Positions 39,946-50,304 of a stretch of DNA of 64,000 nucleotides are shown one piece after another. Numbering within the stretch: position 1 is the stretch's first letter; every line of letters begins with the position of its first letter. The position numbers and the translations under genes are program-made. This DNA is from Syntrophales bacterium (GTDB taxonomy: Bacteria > Desulfobacterota > Syntrophia > Syntrophales > UBA4778), in NCBI GenBank assembly GCA_963665615.2, contig CAXXQE010000001.1:389151-453150 (forward strand), in the 5' to 3' direction. The notes under the pieces are model-generated. The model had not been told where the DNA came from, ran no database searches, and worked only from the letters and a program-made list of their open reading frames with translations.

Positions 39946-40064
39946 TTGAATTCTTCAGCGAGCGCATTCCCCGCTGCTTGCAGCAGGGTAAGCGAGCGAA
40001 TCAGGACAAATCATCTACCCTGGGAATCGGAGATTCGCCGGAGTTTGCTCCGGTGAGTCTTCAA
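39946..40064. repeat. Dispersed palindromic repeat family A (fullest copy)
   Basis: TTGAA...CCCCGCTGCTTGCAGCAGGG...AGCGAGCGAATC...CCGGAGTTTGCTCCGG...TTCAA. Confidence 0.8.
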
Positions 40065-40341
40065 TAGAAAATTGTATTTTCTTTGACTTCAGAAACGATT
40101 TTTTGTTGTTTCCGATTCTTTGGTGACCTGTCCTCCCAAACCGGGTGCCCCTGTGCAGAAATAGACGAGTCGCCCGATTTATCAACCCCAGATAAAAGCT
40201 TCGTTACCGATGAACTCCCAATTAGGCGTAAGTGATGGGAAGTTGTCAATCATGAAAAACATCTTGAAAACACTGAGGAATTAACTTTTTCTTGACATTG
40301 ATCGTGCTTGACGGTTTATTGGTCATCAAAGGAGAAAAAAT

Positions 40342-40692
40342 ATGCACGAACTTCCAGTCATCGAACGCATTCTATCTACGGTATTGAAGCACGCGGAAAC
40401 CAATAATGTAAAGCGGATCGTTGCCATTCACCTTGAGGTTGGTCGGCTTAGTGATCTACAGGATGAATGGATGCAACGCTACTTTGATTTTGTCGCCAAG
40501 TCGACGCTGGCCGAAGGCGCTCAACTGAAGATTGAACGCATACCCATCAAAATGGCGTGCGGTCACTGTTCGACGGTTTATGAGGTTAGTTTTGAGAATA
40601 TGGACACAGCCACCTGTCCGTCCTGTGGAGAAAAGGGCGGGTCGCTGGTCTCTGGCAAGGGATATTTCATTAAATCCATGGAGGTTATGTGA
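40342..40692 (+). CDS. hypA: Hydrogenase maturation nickel metallochaperone HypA
   Basis: N-terminal MHE; CxxC...CPxC; TLAEGA.L.IE. Confidence 0.93.
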   Translation: MHELPVIERILSTVLKHAETNNVKRIVAIHLEVGRLSDLQDEWMQRYFDFVAKSTLAEGAQLKIERIPIKMACGHCSTVYEVSFENMDTATCPSCGEKGGSLVSGKGYFIKSMEVM

Positions 40693-41360
40693 TGGCAGAG
40701 GTTAATCTTATCGAGGTCAAGGAAGATATTCTGGCGGATAACGCAAAGGTTGCGGAGGGCATTCGCGAACGTCTTAGCAATTCAAAGACCATGCTGATCA
40801 ATCTCATGTCGTCGCCGGGATCGGGAAAGACAACGCTGCTGCTCAAGACAATAGAGGCGCTTCAGGGGAGCCTGAGAATGGGCGTGATCGAGGCCGATAT
40901 CGACTCCAAGGTCGATGCGGACAAAGTTGCCGAGCAGGGCGTTCCGGCCGTTCAGCTCAAAACGGGGGGGTTCTGCCATCTGGATGCGACGATGGTCACC
41001 CGTGGAATCGATGCCATGCCGATTGACGAACTGGATATCATGGTCATTGAGAACGTAGGAAATCTGGTCTGTCCAGCGGAGTTCGATACCGGCGCCCATA
41101 AGAATGTGATGATCCTGAGTGTTCCGGAAGGGGACGATAAACCCCTCAAGTATCCCCTGATGTTCTCCATCTGCGATGTGCTGCTGGTCAGCAAGATTGA
41201 CTACCTGCCGATCAGCGATTTCAACCGGGAGGCCATGCGCGAGCGTGTACTGGCGCTTAATCCCAAGATCCGTATCATCGAGGTCTCCAGCAAAACCGGC
41301 GAAGGGATCTCAGAGTGGATCGGATGGCTCAAGGAGCAGTTCGCGGCGCTTCAAGGCTGA
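40692..41360 (+). CDS. hypB: Hydrogenase nickel incorporation GTPase HypB
   Basis: SSPGSGKTTLL, CHLDA, IENVGNLVCPAEFD, SVPEGDDKPLKYP. Confidence 0.95.
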   Translation: MAEVNLIEVKEDILADNAKVAEGIRERLSNSKTMLINLMSSPGSGKTTLLLKTIEALQGSLRMGVIEADIDSKVDADKVAEQGVPAVQLKTGGFCHLDATMVTRGIDAMPIDELDIMVIENVGNLVCPAEFDTGAHKNVMILSVPEGDDKPLKYPLMFSICDVLLVSKIDYLPISDFNREAMRERVLALNPKIRIIEVSSKTGEGISEWIGWLKEQFAALQG

Positions 41361-41563
41361 AAACAGTAAATAATAGTAAACAGTGAACAGTAAATAGTAA
41401 CAGACAAAAGAAGAGACGAGTGGCAGTAACACGTGACAAGAACGCCTTTTATCTCTTCATCCGTTACCTGTGTTATTGATTTTTTCTGGTGACCGGCAAC
41501 TGATAACAGTCAACCGACGGCGTCAGCCTCCGACTGTTCACTGTTTACTATTCACTGTTCACT
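41361..41563. repeat. Heptamer-based (AGTRAAC/AGTRAAT) inverted-repeat spacer between convergent hypB and rfbB
   Basis: AATAGTAAACAGTGAACAGT (41372-41391) is the exact reverse complement of ACTGTTCACTGTTTACTATT (41533-41552). Confidence 0.8.
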
Positions 41564-42624
41564 CATCTTCTGCCGTAGTTTTCGTCGATCCAGTTCAGGT
41601 ATTCTCCGCTTTTGATCTTCTCGACCCAGCCGAGATGATCCAGATACCACTGGACCGTCTTTCTCAGTCCTGTTTCAAAGGACTCCCTCGGCGACCACGT
41701 CAACTCGCGGCGGAGTTTGCCGAAGTCGATGGCATAGCGTCGGTCGTGGCCGGGACGGTCTGCTACAAAGGTGATGAGATCCCGGCGCGACGAGCCGTCG
41801 ACCATCGGGTGCAGTTCATCCAGGATGTCGCAGATCAGGTGCACGACGGCGATGTTCTCCTTTTCGGAATCCCCGCCCACATTGTACGTTTCGCCCTGTT
41901 TCCCCTCCTGCATGATTGTCCAGATGGCTTCACAGTGGTCCTCGACGTAGAGCCAGTCGCGCACGTTCTTGCCGTCGCCGTAAACGGGCAAGGGCTTTCC
42001 TTCCAGGGCATTCAGAATGATGAGGGGGATGAGCTTTTCCGGAAACTGATAGGGACCGTAGTTGTTCGAGCAGTTGGAGAGCGTTGTCGGCAGTCCGTAG
42101 GTTTCGTGATACGCTCGCACCAGGTGATCTGAGGCCGCCTTGGCGGCGGAATAGGGGCTGTTTGGGCTGTAGGGCGTCGTCTCGACGAAATAGCCCTCTG
42201 CCCCGAGGCTGCCGTAAACCTCATCGGTGCTGACGTGATGGAAGAGCGTCAACCGCTCGCTGTGGGCGCGGCAGATCTCCAGGAGATTGAAGGTGCCGAC
42301 GATATTGGTCTGGATAAACGTGCCGGGGGCCTTGATGGAACGATCCACATGGGACTCGGCAGCGAAGTGGCAGATCGTATCGATGTCGTAGTTAACGAAT
42401 ACTGCCTCCACGGCATCGCGGTCGCAGATATCCGCCTTGCAGAAGAGATAGCGATCGGGATGGGCGGCGGCGATGTTCGTCAGGTTTTCCGGGTTGCCGG
42501 CATAGGTCAGCGAATCCACATTGACGATCCGGCCCTGAAAGCCTGCCTTTTCAAAAAGATAATGGATGAAGTTACTGCCGATGAAGCCGCAGCCGCCCGT
42601 CACCATCAGGTTCTTTATCGTCAT
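41563..42624 (-). CDS. rfbB: dTDP-glucose 4,6-dehydratase
   Basis: [65 protein letters not shown]. Confidence 0.96.
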   Translation of the reverse strand: MTIKNLMVTGGCGFIGSNFIHYLFEKAGFQGRIVNVDSLTYAGNPENLTNIAAAHPDRYLFCKADICDRDAVEAVFVNYDIDTICHFAAESHVDRSIKAPGTFIQTNIVGTFNLLEICRAHSERLTLFHHVSTDEVYGSLGAEGYFVETTPYSPNSPYSAAKAASDHLVRAYHETYGLPTTLSNCSNNYGPYQFPEKLIPLIILNALEGKPLPVYGDGKNVRDWLYVEDHCEAIWTIMQEGKQGETYNVGGDSEKENIAVVHLICDILDELHPMVDGSSRRDLITFVADRPGHDRRYAIDFGKLRRELTWSPRESFETGLRKTVQWYLDHLGWVEKIKSGEYLNWIDENYGRR

Positions 42625-42746
42625 GATCTCCTCTCCTCATATCTGGGCTAACAACCGGCTACCTATACACCGTTCACAATACGCTTGCAATCGATAATCA
42701 AATTTGTCAATGATGGCCTCAAAGAAAATCAGATGAACGGGGAGAT

Positions 42747-45722
42747 ATGATGAGCGATCAGGTAGCGTGTCCTGCGTTGACGCTGGAGGCGGGGTCCGAA
42801 TGCTTCGGGTTCCGTGTTTTGAGGGCCGAGCAGATGCCGGAAATACGGGTCACGGCATATGAACTGGAACATGTCCGGACCGGGGCGAAACTGCTCCATA
42901 TCCATTGCACGGATTCCGAAAATCTCTTTTCTGTCGGTTTCCGGACGCCTCCCCATGATTCAACCGGTGTGGCGCATATCCTGGAGCATTCGGTCTTGTC
43001 CGGTTCCAAGGCCTATCCGGTTAAAGATGCCTTTAACGAACTGATGAAGGGAACCCTTCAGACCTTTATCAATGCCTTTACCTATCCCGACAAAACGGTC
43101 TATCCCGTGGCGAGTCAAGTCAAAACCGATTACTTCAATCTGGCCCGCGTTTACTGCGATCTCGTCTTTCACCCCCTTCTCCGGAAGGAGACCTTTCTGC
43201 AGGAGGGGCACCACCTTGAGTATGTGAATCCAGACGATCCCGAAAGTGATCTCACCGTCTCCGGCATTGTCTTCAACGAGATGAAAGGGGCGTATTCCTC
43301 GCCCGATTCGCTCATGTACAAGTACCTGCTACAGAGTCTTTATCCTGACACGCCCTATGCTCATGATTCAGGCGGCGATCCGCGTATGATTCCGTCACTA
43401 ACCTATGAACAGTTCCTGGCCTTTCACCGTAGTTATTACTCTGCTTCCAATGCGCGGTTCTTCCTTTACGGGGATATCCCGACCATCGAACACCTGGCCT
43501 TTCTGGAGGAGGTCCTGGCCGACCAGGATCGGGTCGAAATCGATTCGTGCATCCCGAGTCAGCCCGCGAGGCTGCATCCTCTCAGGATTTCCGGATACTA
43601 CCCCGTTGCGAAAGACGAAACGCTTGCCGACAAGACCGCCATCAATCTGGCGTGGCTGACCGCAGAAAATGCCGACCAGCAGGCGATCCTCATTCTGGAA
43701 ATCCTCACAGAGGTTCTTGTCGGGAATGCCGCCGGGCCGCTTCGCAAGGCCCTGATCGAATCGGGGTTGGGAGAGGATCTTTCCCCGGTGACGGGCCTTG
43801 ATGCCGATCTGAAGCAGGTCTTTTTCGGTATCGGGTTGCGCGGATCAGAGGCGGAGCGGGTCGATCAGGTCGAGCGAATCGTCCTGGATACCCTGGAAAA
43901 ACTCGCCTCCGAGGGGATCGACCGTCAGCTTTTGGAAGGCGCCTTCCATCAAATCGAGATCAGCGGCAAGGAAATCATCCGGGGGTCCATGCCCTACGGG
44001 ATTACCCTGATGCAACGCGCCTATACAGCCTGGCTCTATGATGCCGATCCACTGGTCGTTCTGAACTTTCCGCAGGGAATCGCCGAAGTGCGCGAGCGCT
44101 GGGAGTCCGACCCCGAGCTTTTCCAGCGGGCCATCCGGCGCTGGTTCCTCGACAACCCGCATCGCGTGCTGTCGATTGTCGAACCCAGTCCGACATTTGA
44201 AGAAGAGGCAGAAAATGACTTCCGGAAGGAGATGACGGATCTGAAGGCCAAGCTTTCCGAAGAGCAGCGCGAAGGCATTCATACGGAAGCGTCCCATCTC
44301 AAAGAGCTGCAGGCGCAACACGATTCGCCGGAGGCCCTGGCAACCCTTCCGGAGCTGAAGCGATCCGATCTGTCCCGTCGAATCGAGACGATTGCCTCGG
44401 ACGAAGTGCGGTCGGGCGACGTTATCTTCTTGAGGCACGATATCTTCACCAATGGTATCGTTTATCTCGATCTGGCATTCGACCTGTCCTGCGTCTCCGA
44501 GGCGGATCAGCCGTATTTACCGCTTCTCGGACGCTTTATGACCTCCATGGGCGCGTCAGGACTGAACTATGAAGAGATGGCAAAACGTGTGACCCTGAAG
44601 ACGGGCGGCATCGGGTGCTCTCCGAGTATCGGCATGACGCTGAAGGACGATGGCCATTGGCAGAAGATGATCTTTAGCACCCATGCGCTCTATCGTCACA
44701 TTCCGGATGCTGTGGCCTTGGTTCGGGCTTTTCTCTGCGAGGCGGATTTCTCAGATCGCAACCGGATGCGGGATCTGCTGCTGGAGGCGAGAAATCGTCT
44801 GCGGGCGGCAGTGGTTCCCTCCGGCCATGTCTTTGCCAAGCGCTCGGCGGCAGCCGCCCTTAATCTCGCGGCCCATCGGGAAGAGGTATGGTGGGGAGTC
44901 AGCCAGTTGCGCTTCCTGGCTGATTTGGCCGATCGTTTCGAACATGACGGCGATGCGCTTCTGGACAAAATCGAATCCCTCTATCGCCGGATTGTTCAAC
45001 GCAATGGGCTGCTGATCAATATCACAGCGGATGGCGAAGGACTGGCCTTGCTTGGCGAGGAATTGAACCGGATGATGGAGACCCTTCCCGAGGGGGATCG
45101 GCTCAATCTGCAACCGGTACCGGTTTTGAAGCCTGTCCATACGGGCATTTCCATTCCGGCCCAGGTTTGCTATGTCGCCCGAGTGGCGCCCGTGGCCGTT
45201 TATCGGGAGCCCCTCTCGGGCTCTCTTTCCGTGCTGTCCCGTCTGTTGTCCAACGATTATCTCTACAACCGCATCCGTGTACAAGGCGGAGCGTACGGCG
45301 GTATGTGCCAGTATGATCCCGCGGCGGGCCTACTGTCCTTCCTCTCCTATCGCGATCCGCATCTCATCGAGACCTTGAAAGTCTATGAAGAAGTCGCCGA
45401 TTATGTTTTAACACATGACATCGGAGAGCGGGACCTCGAGAAGGCTGTTATCGGTACGATCGGACAGCTTGATCGGCCTATGGACCCGGCCGGGAAGGGA
45501 TCGACAGCGATGATCCGTTACCTCGCAGGGTTGACAGACGAGATGCGTCAGGACTATCGAAACCGTATTCTGGATACGACCGTTGAGAACGTGATGGAAG
45601 CTGCACGGCGCTATCTTGTTGCCGAAGAGACGGCAGTCATCGCCGTTTACGCGGCTGGTGCACGTTTACAAGAGGCCAACGAAACGCTGGCAAGAAAACT
45701 CGAGATTGCGGCATTGCCTTAA
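42747..45722 (+). CDS. Insulinase-family metallopeptidase, M16C/presequence-protease-like
   Basis: Inverted zinc motif HILEHSVL, NAFTYPDKT.YP, VFNEMKGA, RVQGGAYG, SYRDP. Confidence 0.92.
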   Translation: MMSDQVACPALTLEAGSECFGFRVLRAEQMPEIRVTAYELEHVRTGAKLLHIHCTDSENLFSVGFRTPPHDSTGVAHILEHSVLSGSKAYPVKDAFNELMKGTLQTFINAFTYPDKTVYPVASQVKTDYFNLARVYCDLVFHPLLRKETFLQEGHHLEYVNPDDPESDLTVSGIVFNEMKGAYSSPDSLMYKYLLQSLYPDTPYAHDSGGDPRMIPSLTYEQFLAFHRSYYSASNARFFLYGDIPTIEHLAFLEEVLADQDRVEIDSCIPSQPARLHPLRISGYYPVAKDETLADKTAINLAWLTAENADQQAILILEILTEVLVGNAAGPLRKALIESGLGEDLSPVTGLDADLKQVFFGIGLRGSEAERVDQVERIVLDTLEKLASEGIDRQLLEGAFHQIEISGKEIIRGSMPYGITLMQRAYTAWLYDADPLVVLNFPQGIAEVRERWESDPELFQRAIRRWFLDNPHRVLSIVEPSPTFEEEAENDFRKEMTDLKAKLSEEQREGIHTEASHLKELQAQHDSPEALATLPELKRSDLSRRIETIASDEVRSGDVIFLRHDIFTNGIVYLDLAFDLSCVSEADQPYLPLLGRFMTSMGASGLNYEEMAKRVTLKTGGIGCSPSIGMTLKDDGHWQKMIFSTHALYRHIPDAVALVRAFLCEADFSDRNRMRDLLLEARNRLRAAVVPSGHVFAKRSAAAALNLAAHREEVWWGVSQLRFLADLADRFEHDGDALLDKIESLYRRIVQRNGLLINITADGEGLALLGEELNRMMETLPEGDRLNLQPVPVLKPVHTGISIPAQVCYVARVAPVAVYREPLSGSLSVLSRLLSNDYLYNRIRVQGGAYGGMCQYDPAAGLLSFLSYRDPHLIETLKVYEEVADYVLTHDIGERDLEKAVIGTIGQLDRPMDPAGKGSTAMIRYLAGLTDEMRQDYRNRILDTTVENVMEAARRYLVAEETAVIAVYAAGARLQEANETLARKLEIAALP

Positions 45723-45800
45723 TGGTGTATTGTTTCGGGAGGGTGAAGACTCACTGAGGTAAGCATTCCCTGCCGGATTCACCGAAGAGAGGAGGTTTTC

Positions 45801-47237
45801 TTGAGACAGAAAACAAAGATTATTGCGACCCTTTCGGAGAAGCGGGCGACCAAGGAATTCATCGCCGAACTCCATGAGGCGGGGATGGATGTGGTGCGCC
45901 TCAACACGGCCTTTCAGTCGATGGATGGGGCCCGAGAGATCGTCGCCAATATCCGTGCGGTTTCGGACAGGCTCGCCGTGATGATCGACACCAAAGGGCC
46001 GGAGGTGCGGACGACCGAAACAGCGGAAGACATCCAGTTGGTCAAGTCGGAGCGCGTTGCAGTGAAGGGTAACCCGAAACAGGCCTCCACGCGTGCATGC
46101 GTCTGTGTAAGTTATGCCGGTTTTGTGGCCGAGGTGCCTCTTCAGAGTCGCATCTTGATCGACGATGGCGCTCTGGAACTGAAGGTGTTGGAGAAGAAAG
46201 GGGACGAATTAATCTGCGAAGCCTTGAATGACGGACGGGTGCAGGGACGCAAGAGCGTGAACGTTCCGCTTGTCAATTTTGCGTTGCCCTCGCTTAGCGA
46301 GAAGGACAAGGCCTTCATTCTTTTTGCTATTGAATCTGGGGTCGATTTCATTGCCCATTCCTTCGTGCGCAGTGCCGATGACGTTCTCGCGATCCAGCGG
46401 ATTCTCGATGAAAATGACAGCACGATTAAGATCATCGCGAAAATCGAAAACCAGGAGGGGGTAAACCGGATCGACGAGATTCTCGAACACGCTTACGGGA
46501 TTATGGTCGCACGTGGCGATCTGGCGATCGAGATTCCATACGAAAAGGTGCCCGGCGTGCAGCGGCTCCTGATCAACAAGTGTATCTGGAAACGCAAGCC
46601 GGTGATCATTGCCACCCAGATGCTCCACTCGATGGTCCACAACCCGCGCCCCACGCGGGCGGAGGTGAGTGACGTCGCCAACGCCGTTTACAGCAAGGCC
46701 GACGCGCTTATGCTGAGCGCCGAGACGGCGACGGGCGACTATCCCCTGGAGGCTGTAACCACGATGGCGAAAGTGGCGGCGGAGGTGGAGTCTTCACAGA
46801 GCGATATCCATGAATCCCGGGCCGTCGTGCTTACCAACGAGCGTTCCGCTTTCCTCACGAAAACCGCGGTCCAGGCGGCGATCCGTATGGACGCCAAGGC
46901 GATCATCGCCGATACGGCGACGGGCGCCTCGATCCGCAACATGGCCTGCTTCCGCGGGCCTAAGCCGATCTTCGCGCACTGCTATGAACGCCATATCATG
47001 CGCCACCTGTCGCTGTCCTTCGGCGTCGTGCCGAAGTATACGGAGCGCTTCCCCAGCAGCCACGCCTTTGTCCACAAAGCGCTGGAAGGACACCTGGCGG
47101 ATGGCACGCTCAACGAAGAAGACCTGGTCGTCTTAATCTCCGGTAACTTCGGCGGTAGCTTCGGCGCGTCCTTCATAGAAATCTGTACAGTTGACAAGCT
47201 GATCGAAGACAAGACTGCCGCCTGCAACCTGCCGTGA
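45801..47237 (+). CDS. pyk: Pyruvate kinase
   Basis: TKIIATL, DTKGPEVRT, IIAKIEN, IMVARGDL, ATQML.SM..NPRPTRAE; TTG start after GGAGG. Confidence 0.96.
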   Translation: MRQKTKIIATLSEKRATKEFIAELHEAGMDVVRLNTAFQSMDGAREIVANIRAVSDRLAVMIDTKGPEVRTTETAEDIQLVKSERVAVKGNPKQASTRACVCVSYAGFVAEVPLQSRILIDDGALELKVLEKKGDELICEALNDGRVQGRKSVNVPLVNFALPSLSEKDKAFILFAIESGVDFIAHSFVRSADDVLAIQRILDENDSTIKIIAKIENQEGVNRIDEILEHAYGIMVARGDLAIEIPYEKVPGVQRLLINKCIWKRKPVIIATQMLHSMVHNPRPTRAEVSDVANAVYSKADALMLSAETATGDYPLEAVTTMAKVAAEVESSQSDIHESRAVVLTNERSAFLTKTAVQAAIRMDAKAIIADTATGASIRNMACFRGPKPIFAHCYERHIMRHLSLSFGVVPKYTERFPSSHAFVHKALEGHLADGTLNEEDLVVLISGNFGGSFGASFIEICTVDKLIEDKTAACNLP

Positions 47238-47243
47238 GCACAT

Positions 47244-47540
47244 ATGCCCGCGCGTGAAAAAACGATCGATACTTGGCGGGTCTATCTCCTGCGCTGCGCA
47301 GACGATACGCTCTACTGCGGCGCGACAAACGATCTGGAGAAACGCATCGCCGCGCACAACAGCGGCAGGGGCGGGCATTATACGCGGGGCCGCCGTCCGG
47401 TATGTCTGGAAACGTCAAGTTCTCCCATGACCCGCTCCGAAGCACTCCGGCTGGAGTGGCAAATCAAGAATACACCGCGGGATATGAAGGTCGGAAGGTT
47501 AAAGGCAGCTAAAGCCGCAGTGTCGAGTGCAAAAGACTGA
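47244..47540 (+). CDS. Small GIY-YIG nuclease family protein (UPF0213-like)
   Basis: [22 protein letters not shown]...[22 protein letters not shown]. Confidence 0.88.
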   Translation: MPAREKTIDTWRVYLLRCADDTLYCGATNDLEKRIAAHNSGRGGHYTRGRRPVCLETSSSPMTRSEALRLEWQIKNTPRDMKVGRLKAAKAAVSSAKD

Positions 47541-47551
47541 AACGCAACTAG

Positions 47552-47717
47552 CAGGCTGTTGAAAAACTATTTTTAACGTCATTGCGCTTGTCCCGAGGTA
47601 GTCGTCGGGGAGCGAAGTGAAGCAATCCCTGTCTTCGAGTAATCAATAGGTTAGAGATTGCCACGTCGCTGACGCTCCTCGCACTGACACAACATTGAAG
47701 AGTTTTTCAACAGCCTG
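47552..47717. mobile_element. MITE-like element, family B (inverted relative to the 39194 copy)
   Basis: CAGGCTGTTGAAAAACT ... AGTTTTTCAACAGCCTG with CTAG on both flanks; internal sequence is the reverse complement of the 39194 copy plus a ~24-nt insert. Confidence 0.82.
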
Positions 47718-47898
47718 ACTAGAGTTCCGTGTGAGGGAGAGTGTTAAAGTAATCGCACGCCGATGGCGGGCGAGCCGCAGAAAGGCCGCAACGAATGCTG
47801 CTGTCCATGCCGGTGCAGTATCGCAAATTCGGTGCTTGCACGGTTGGATTGAACAGAAAATCGGCGTTCGGTGGCTGCCTTGACTGACAGAAAAATGG

Positions 47899-49161
47899 CT
47901 ATATCTGAGATTTATCCAACCGGTTTTCAGTGGCAGGGACGGACGAAGAACTTGCAGAGGGGAGGAATTTTTTCTTTGAGGCTTTGCGATAGTTCGGTGT
48001 TGCTTTGAACTGCGAGGGGCGGTGAAGGACATCTTGTTTTTTCGCCATTGTGCGGCTTACCGATGTGGCCTCAGCGTGGATGGACCGTTCGCTGAAAGTA
48101 ACGTCTTTTCCGATATAGACGACTCGGTTGCGTCCGCCTTGTTTGGCCTGATAAAGCGCATTGTCCGAGGCTTTGAGAAGATCCGTCAGGGTGGTTAAGG
48201 AATTGTCAAACGCAGCAACACCGATACTTACGGTGAGATTGAGATGACCGCCGGGTATGGGGACAGTCATTTTTTCGGCCAGAGTTCGCAATCTTTCTGC
48301 GACACAAATCGCGCCGCCGAGATCCGTATCAGGTAAAGCGACGGCAAACTCTTCGCCCCCCATTCTACCGAAAATATCTATTCCCCTCAGCGCAGTTGTA
48401 ATATCCTCCGCGAGTCGAACAAGGGCCATGTCGCCGATGTCGTGGCCGTACGTGTCATTAACGGCTTTAAAATGATCAATATCCAACGCCAGCAGCGCTA
48501 GCGGTGTTTCTTGACGTTTCGTCCGTTCGAGTTCCCGGTGGGCCAGTTCCAGAAAATGTCGGCGATTCATTGTTTTTGTCAGGCTGTCCGTAGAGGCCAA
48601 CTCTCTGAGCTTCTCTTCCATGTACTTGCGATCCGTGATGTCTCTGAAGCTCAAGACGATACCGTACTCATCTCCGGTGGGATACTTGAAGGAACTTGCC
48701 CTCAACATACAGGAGATCATCGGCCCCCTTGCGGATTTTTTCTGAACGTCGTCTTCTACCATTATCTCGCCGGTTTTAATACGAGCCAGGGGGCATCGAT
48801 GCGTATGACACTCGGGACCGGGAATCAGATCAAAGCATTTCCGATGTACTGCCGCTTCTTTATCGACGCCGAAGAGGGAGGCGAAGGTCTGATTGATTTT
48901 GAGCACGGTGTGCTGCATATCGACGATACATTTGCCGTCGGCGTCCGCGTTGAAAATATGATTGAGTTCAATGCGGGTAAGTTCGCCATCAAGTGCCAGC
49001 TGGTTGGCCGTTTCAATAGCGGATTCCAGCTGCCGATTGGTCGCAATTAGGTTGTCATTTTGCAAGAGTGACGACTTGAAGGCCGTTTCCATCCGGCGAG
49101 CGCATTCTTCTAGTTCAAGCACGCGTTGTTCAAGCTGTCGGTCTGAAGGTTTTTTTATCAT
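47899..49161 (-). CDS. PAS-GGDEF diguanylate cyclase
   Basis: DSLT...NRR, DIDHFK.VNDTYGH.IGD, GRMGGEEF, SIGVA, ALYQAK.GGRNR. Confidence 0.93.
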   Translation of the reverse strand: MIKKPSDRQLEQRVLELEECARRMETAFKSSLLQNDNLIATNRQLESAIETANQLALDGELTRIELNHIFNADADGKCIVDMQHTVLKINQTFASLFGVDKEAAVHRKCFDLIPGPECHTHRCPLARIKTGEIMVEDDVQKKSARGPMISCMLRASSFKYPTGDEYGIVLSFRDITDRKYMEEKLRELASTDSLTKTMNRRHFLELAHRELERTKRQETPLALLALDIDHFKAVNDTYGHDIGDMALVRLAEDITTALRGIDIFGRMGGEEFAVALPDTDLGGAICVAERLRTLAEKMTVPIPGGHLNLTVSIGVAAFDNSLTTLTDLLKASDNALYQAKQGGRNRVVYIGKDVTFSERSIHAEATSVSRTMAKKQDVLHRPSQFKATPNYRKASKKKFLPSASSSSVPATENRLDKSQI

Positions 49162-49542
49162 CTCGTATTATCACGGAGTCTAGGGTTCTCTTCGACCATC
49201 ATAAATCATTTCCTGAAATGCGTCGGCTTTATATCTGCCAAATTTATAGGGACTTTATCGGTCATGTTGTCAGATAACTTGAGGGCGATTATGAAAAAGT
49301 GATCAAGGCGGTGCTCCTTAAGTCATAAAAATAAAACTAAACCAAACGCCATGAGAAGGATGGCGGAGGAAACTTCGATGGCTTGGTGCCACAAATAAAA
49401 ACTGTGACACCCGGATTGATCCAGTACTTGGTAAGCGTATTGAGACGTCGCAGCGCGTATAGCGGAGATCCCGAATGGACGGTTCTTGGGTGCGATCCGA
49501 TCGTGACTGAAAGTCGCGTTCAATCCGCTTCTGGAGAGGGAC

Positions 49543-49899
49543 TCAGTGCCATTCGCTGTTTTTTTCCTTTTTCGTCTGGCATGTCATGCAGAGGATGACT
49601 GTCGGACTTGCCAGGAGTCGCTTTTCGGGGATGCGCTCTCCGCAGGTAGCGCAGACTCCGTAGGTTCCGGCGTCAATACGTCGAATCGCCAGTTTGAGTT
49701 GAGTCATCATCTCTCGTTCTCGGTTCCAGGAATAGAAATTTGAATGGCGTGACGTTTCCTGTGCGGCTTGGTCATAGGGATCTGCATAGGATTCAGCTTC
49801 TGTCACATGACTAGGGTTGTGTCCGGTGAGACTCATTAGTTCAGCGATCTTGCTATAGAGTCTCTTTTTCATCTGTTCGATTTTTTGAGTTCTCATCAT
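49543..49899 (-). CDS. TraR/DksA-family C4 zinc-finger protein
   Basis: Coiled-coil tip DPYDQA (DxxDxA); YGVCATCGERI..KRL....LCMTCQ. Confidence 0.88.
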   Translation of the reverse strand: MMRTQKIEQMKKRLYSKIAELMSLTGHNPSHVTEAESYADPYDQAAQETSRHSNFYSWNREREMMTQLKLAIRRIDAGTYGVCATCGERIPEKRLLASPTVILCMTCQTKKEKNSEWH

Positions 49900-49916
49900 T
49901 TCCTTTCAGTTGTCCG

Positions 49917-49993
49917 TGAATCCGGTGGCGCTTGTTAGGGGGTAAGCGAGCGAATCATGAGGATCGAAGATTCACCGGCGCTTGCTCCGGTGA
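49917..49993. repeat. Dispersed repeat family A (degenerate copy)
   Basis: GGGGTAAGCGAGCGAATCATGA...GATTCACCGGCGCTTGCTCCGGTGA. Confidence 0.7.
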
Positions 49994-50049
49994 TAAACCT
50001 CATCGCTTTTCCATGATTCCACTTGTTGCCGTCTATTTAACGAATCCGT

Positions 50050-50087
50050 GTTAAGGTTGTATGAATATTAATTGAAGATCCGGTGAA
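50050..50087 (-). promoter_or_regulatory. Putative PhoB/OmpR-type direct-repeat boxes upstream of the dksA-like gene
   Basis: Minus strand TTCAC-N6-TTCAA-N6-TTCAT-N6-TTAAC, exact 11-bp period. Confidence 0.65.
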
Positions 50088-50131
50088 GCCAGTTGACGTG
50101 GATGAACAATCTGCTATGAAGGGATCAGCAC

Positions 50132-50290
50132 GGGTATTTCAAAATGGTTCATAGACAGCGTTGCGCTTTGGATCTCCCCATAATGGCACCGGGACAAGCG
50201 CATGATCACATACGCTCAAAAAGTATGCTCCGTTACTCTGTCTCTAAGCCTTTTTGAACAGTCCGCATAAACGGTTTTTTTCAACATCCT
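50132..50290. repeat. Dispersed repeat family C
   Basis: TGTCTCTAAGCCTTTTTGAACAGTCCGCATAAACGGTTTTTT shared with 56667-56710. Confidence 0.7.
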
Positions 50291-50304
50291 ATTGGGAGAT
50301 ACAT

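Noticed and set aside
41470..42132. 220-aa plus-strand ORF
   Set aside because: Antisense to rfbB, and begins in the heptamer repeat (translating as TVHCLLFTVH)
49323..49523. 66-aa ORF with a hydrophobic C-terminus downstream of the dksA-like gene
   Set aside because: TTG start with weak RBS and no motif; possible but unsupported
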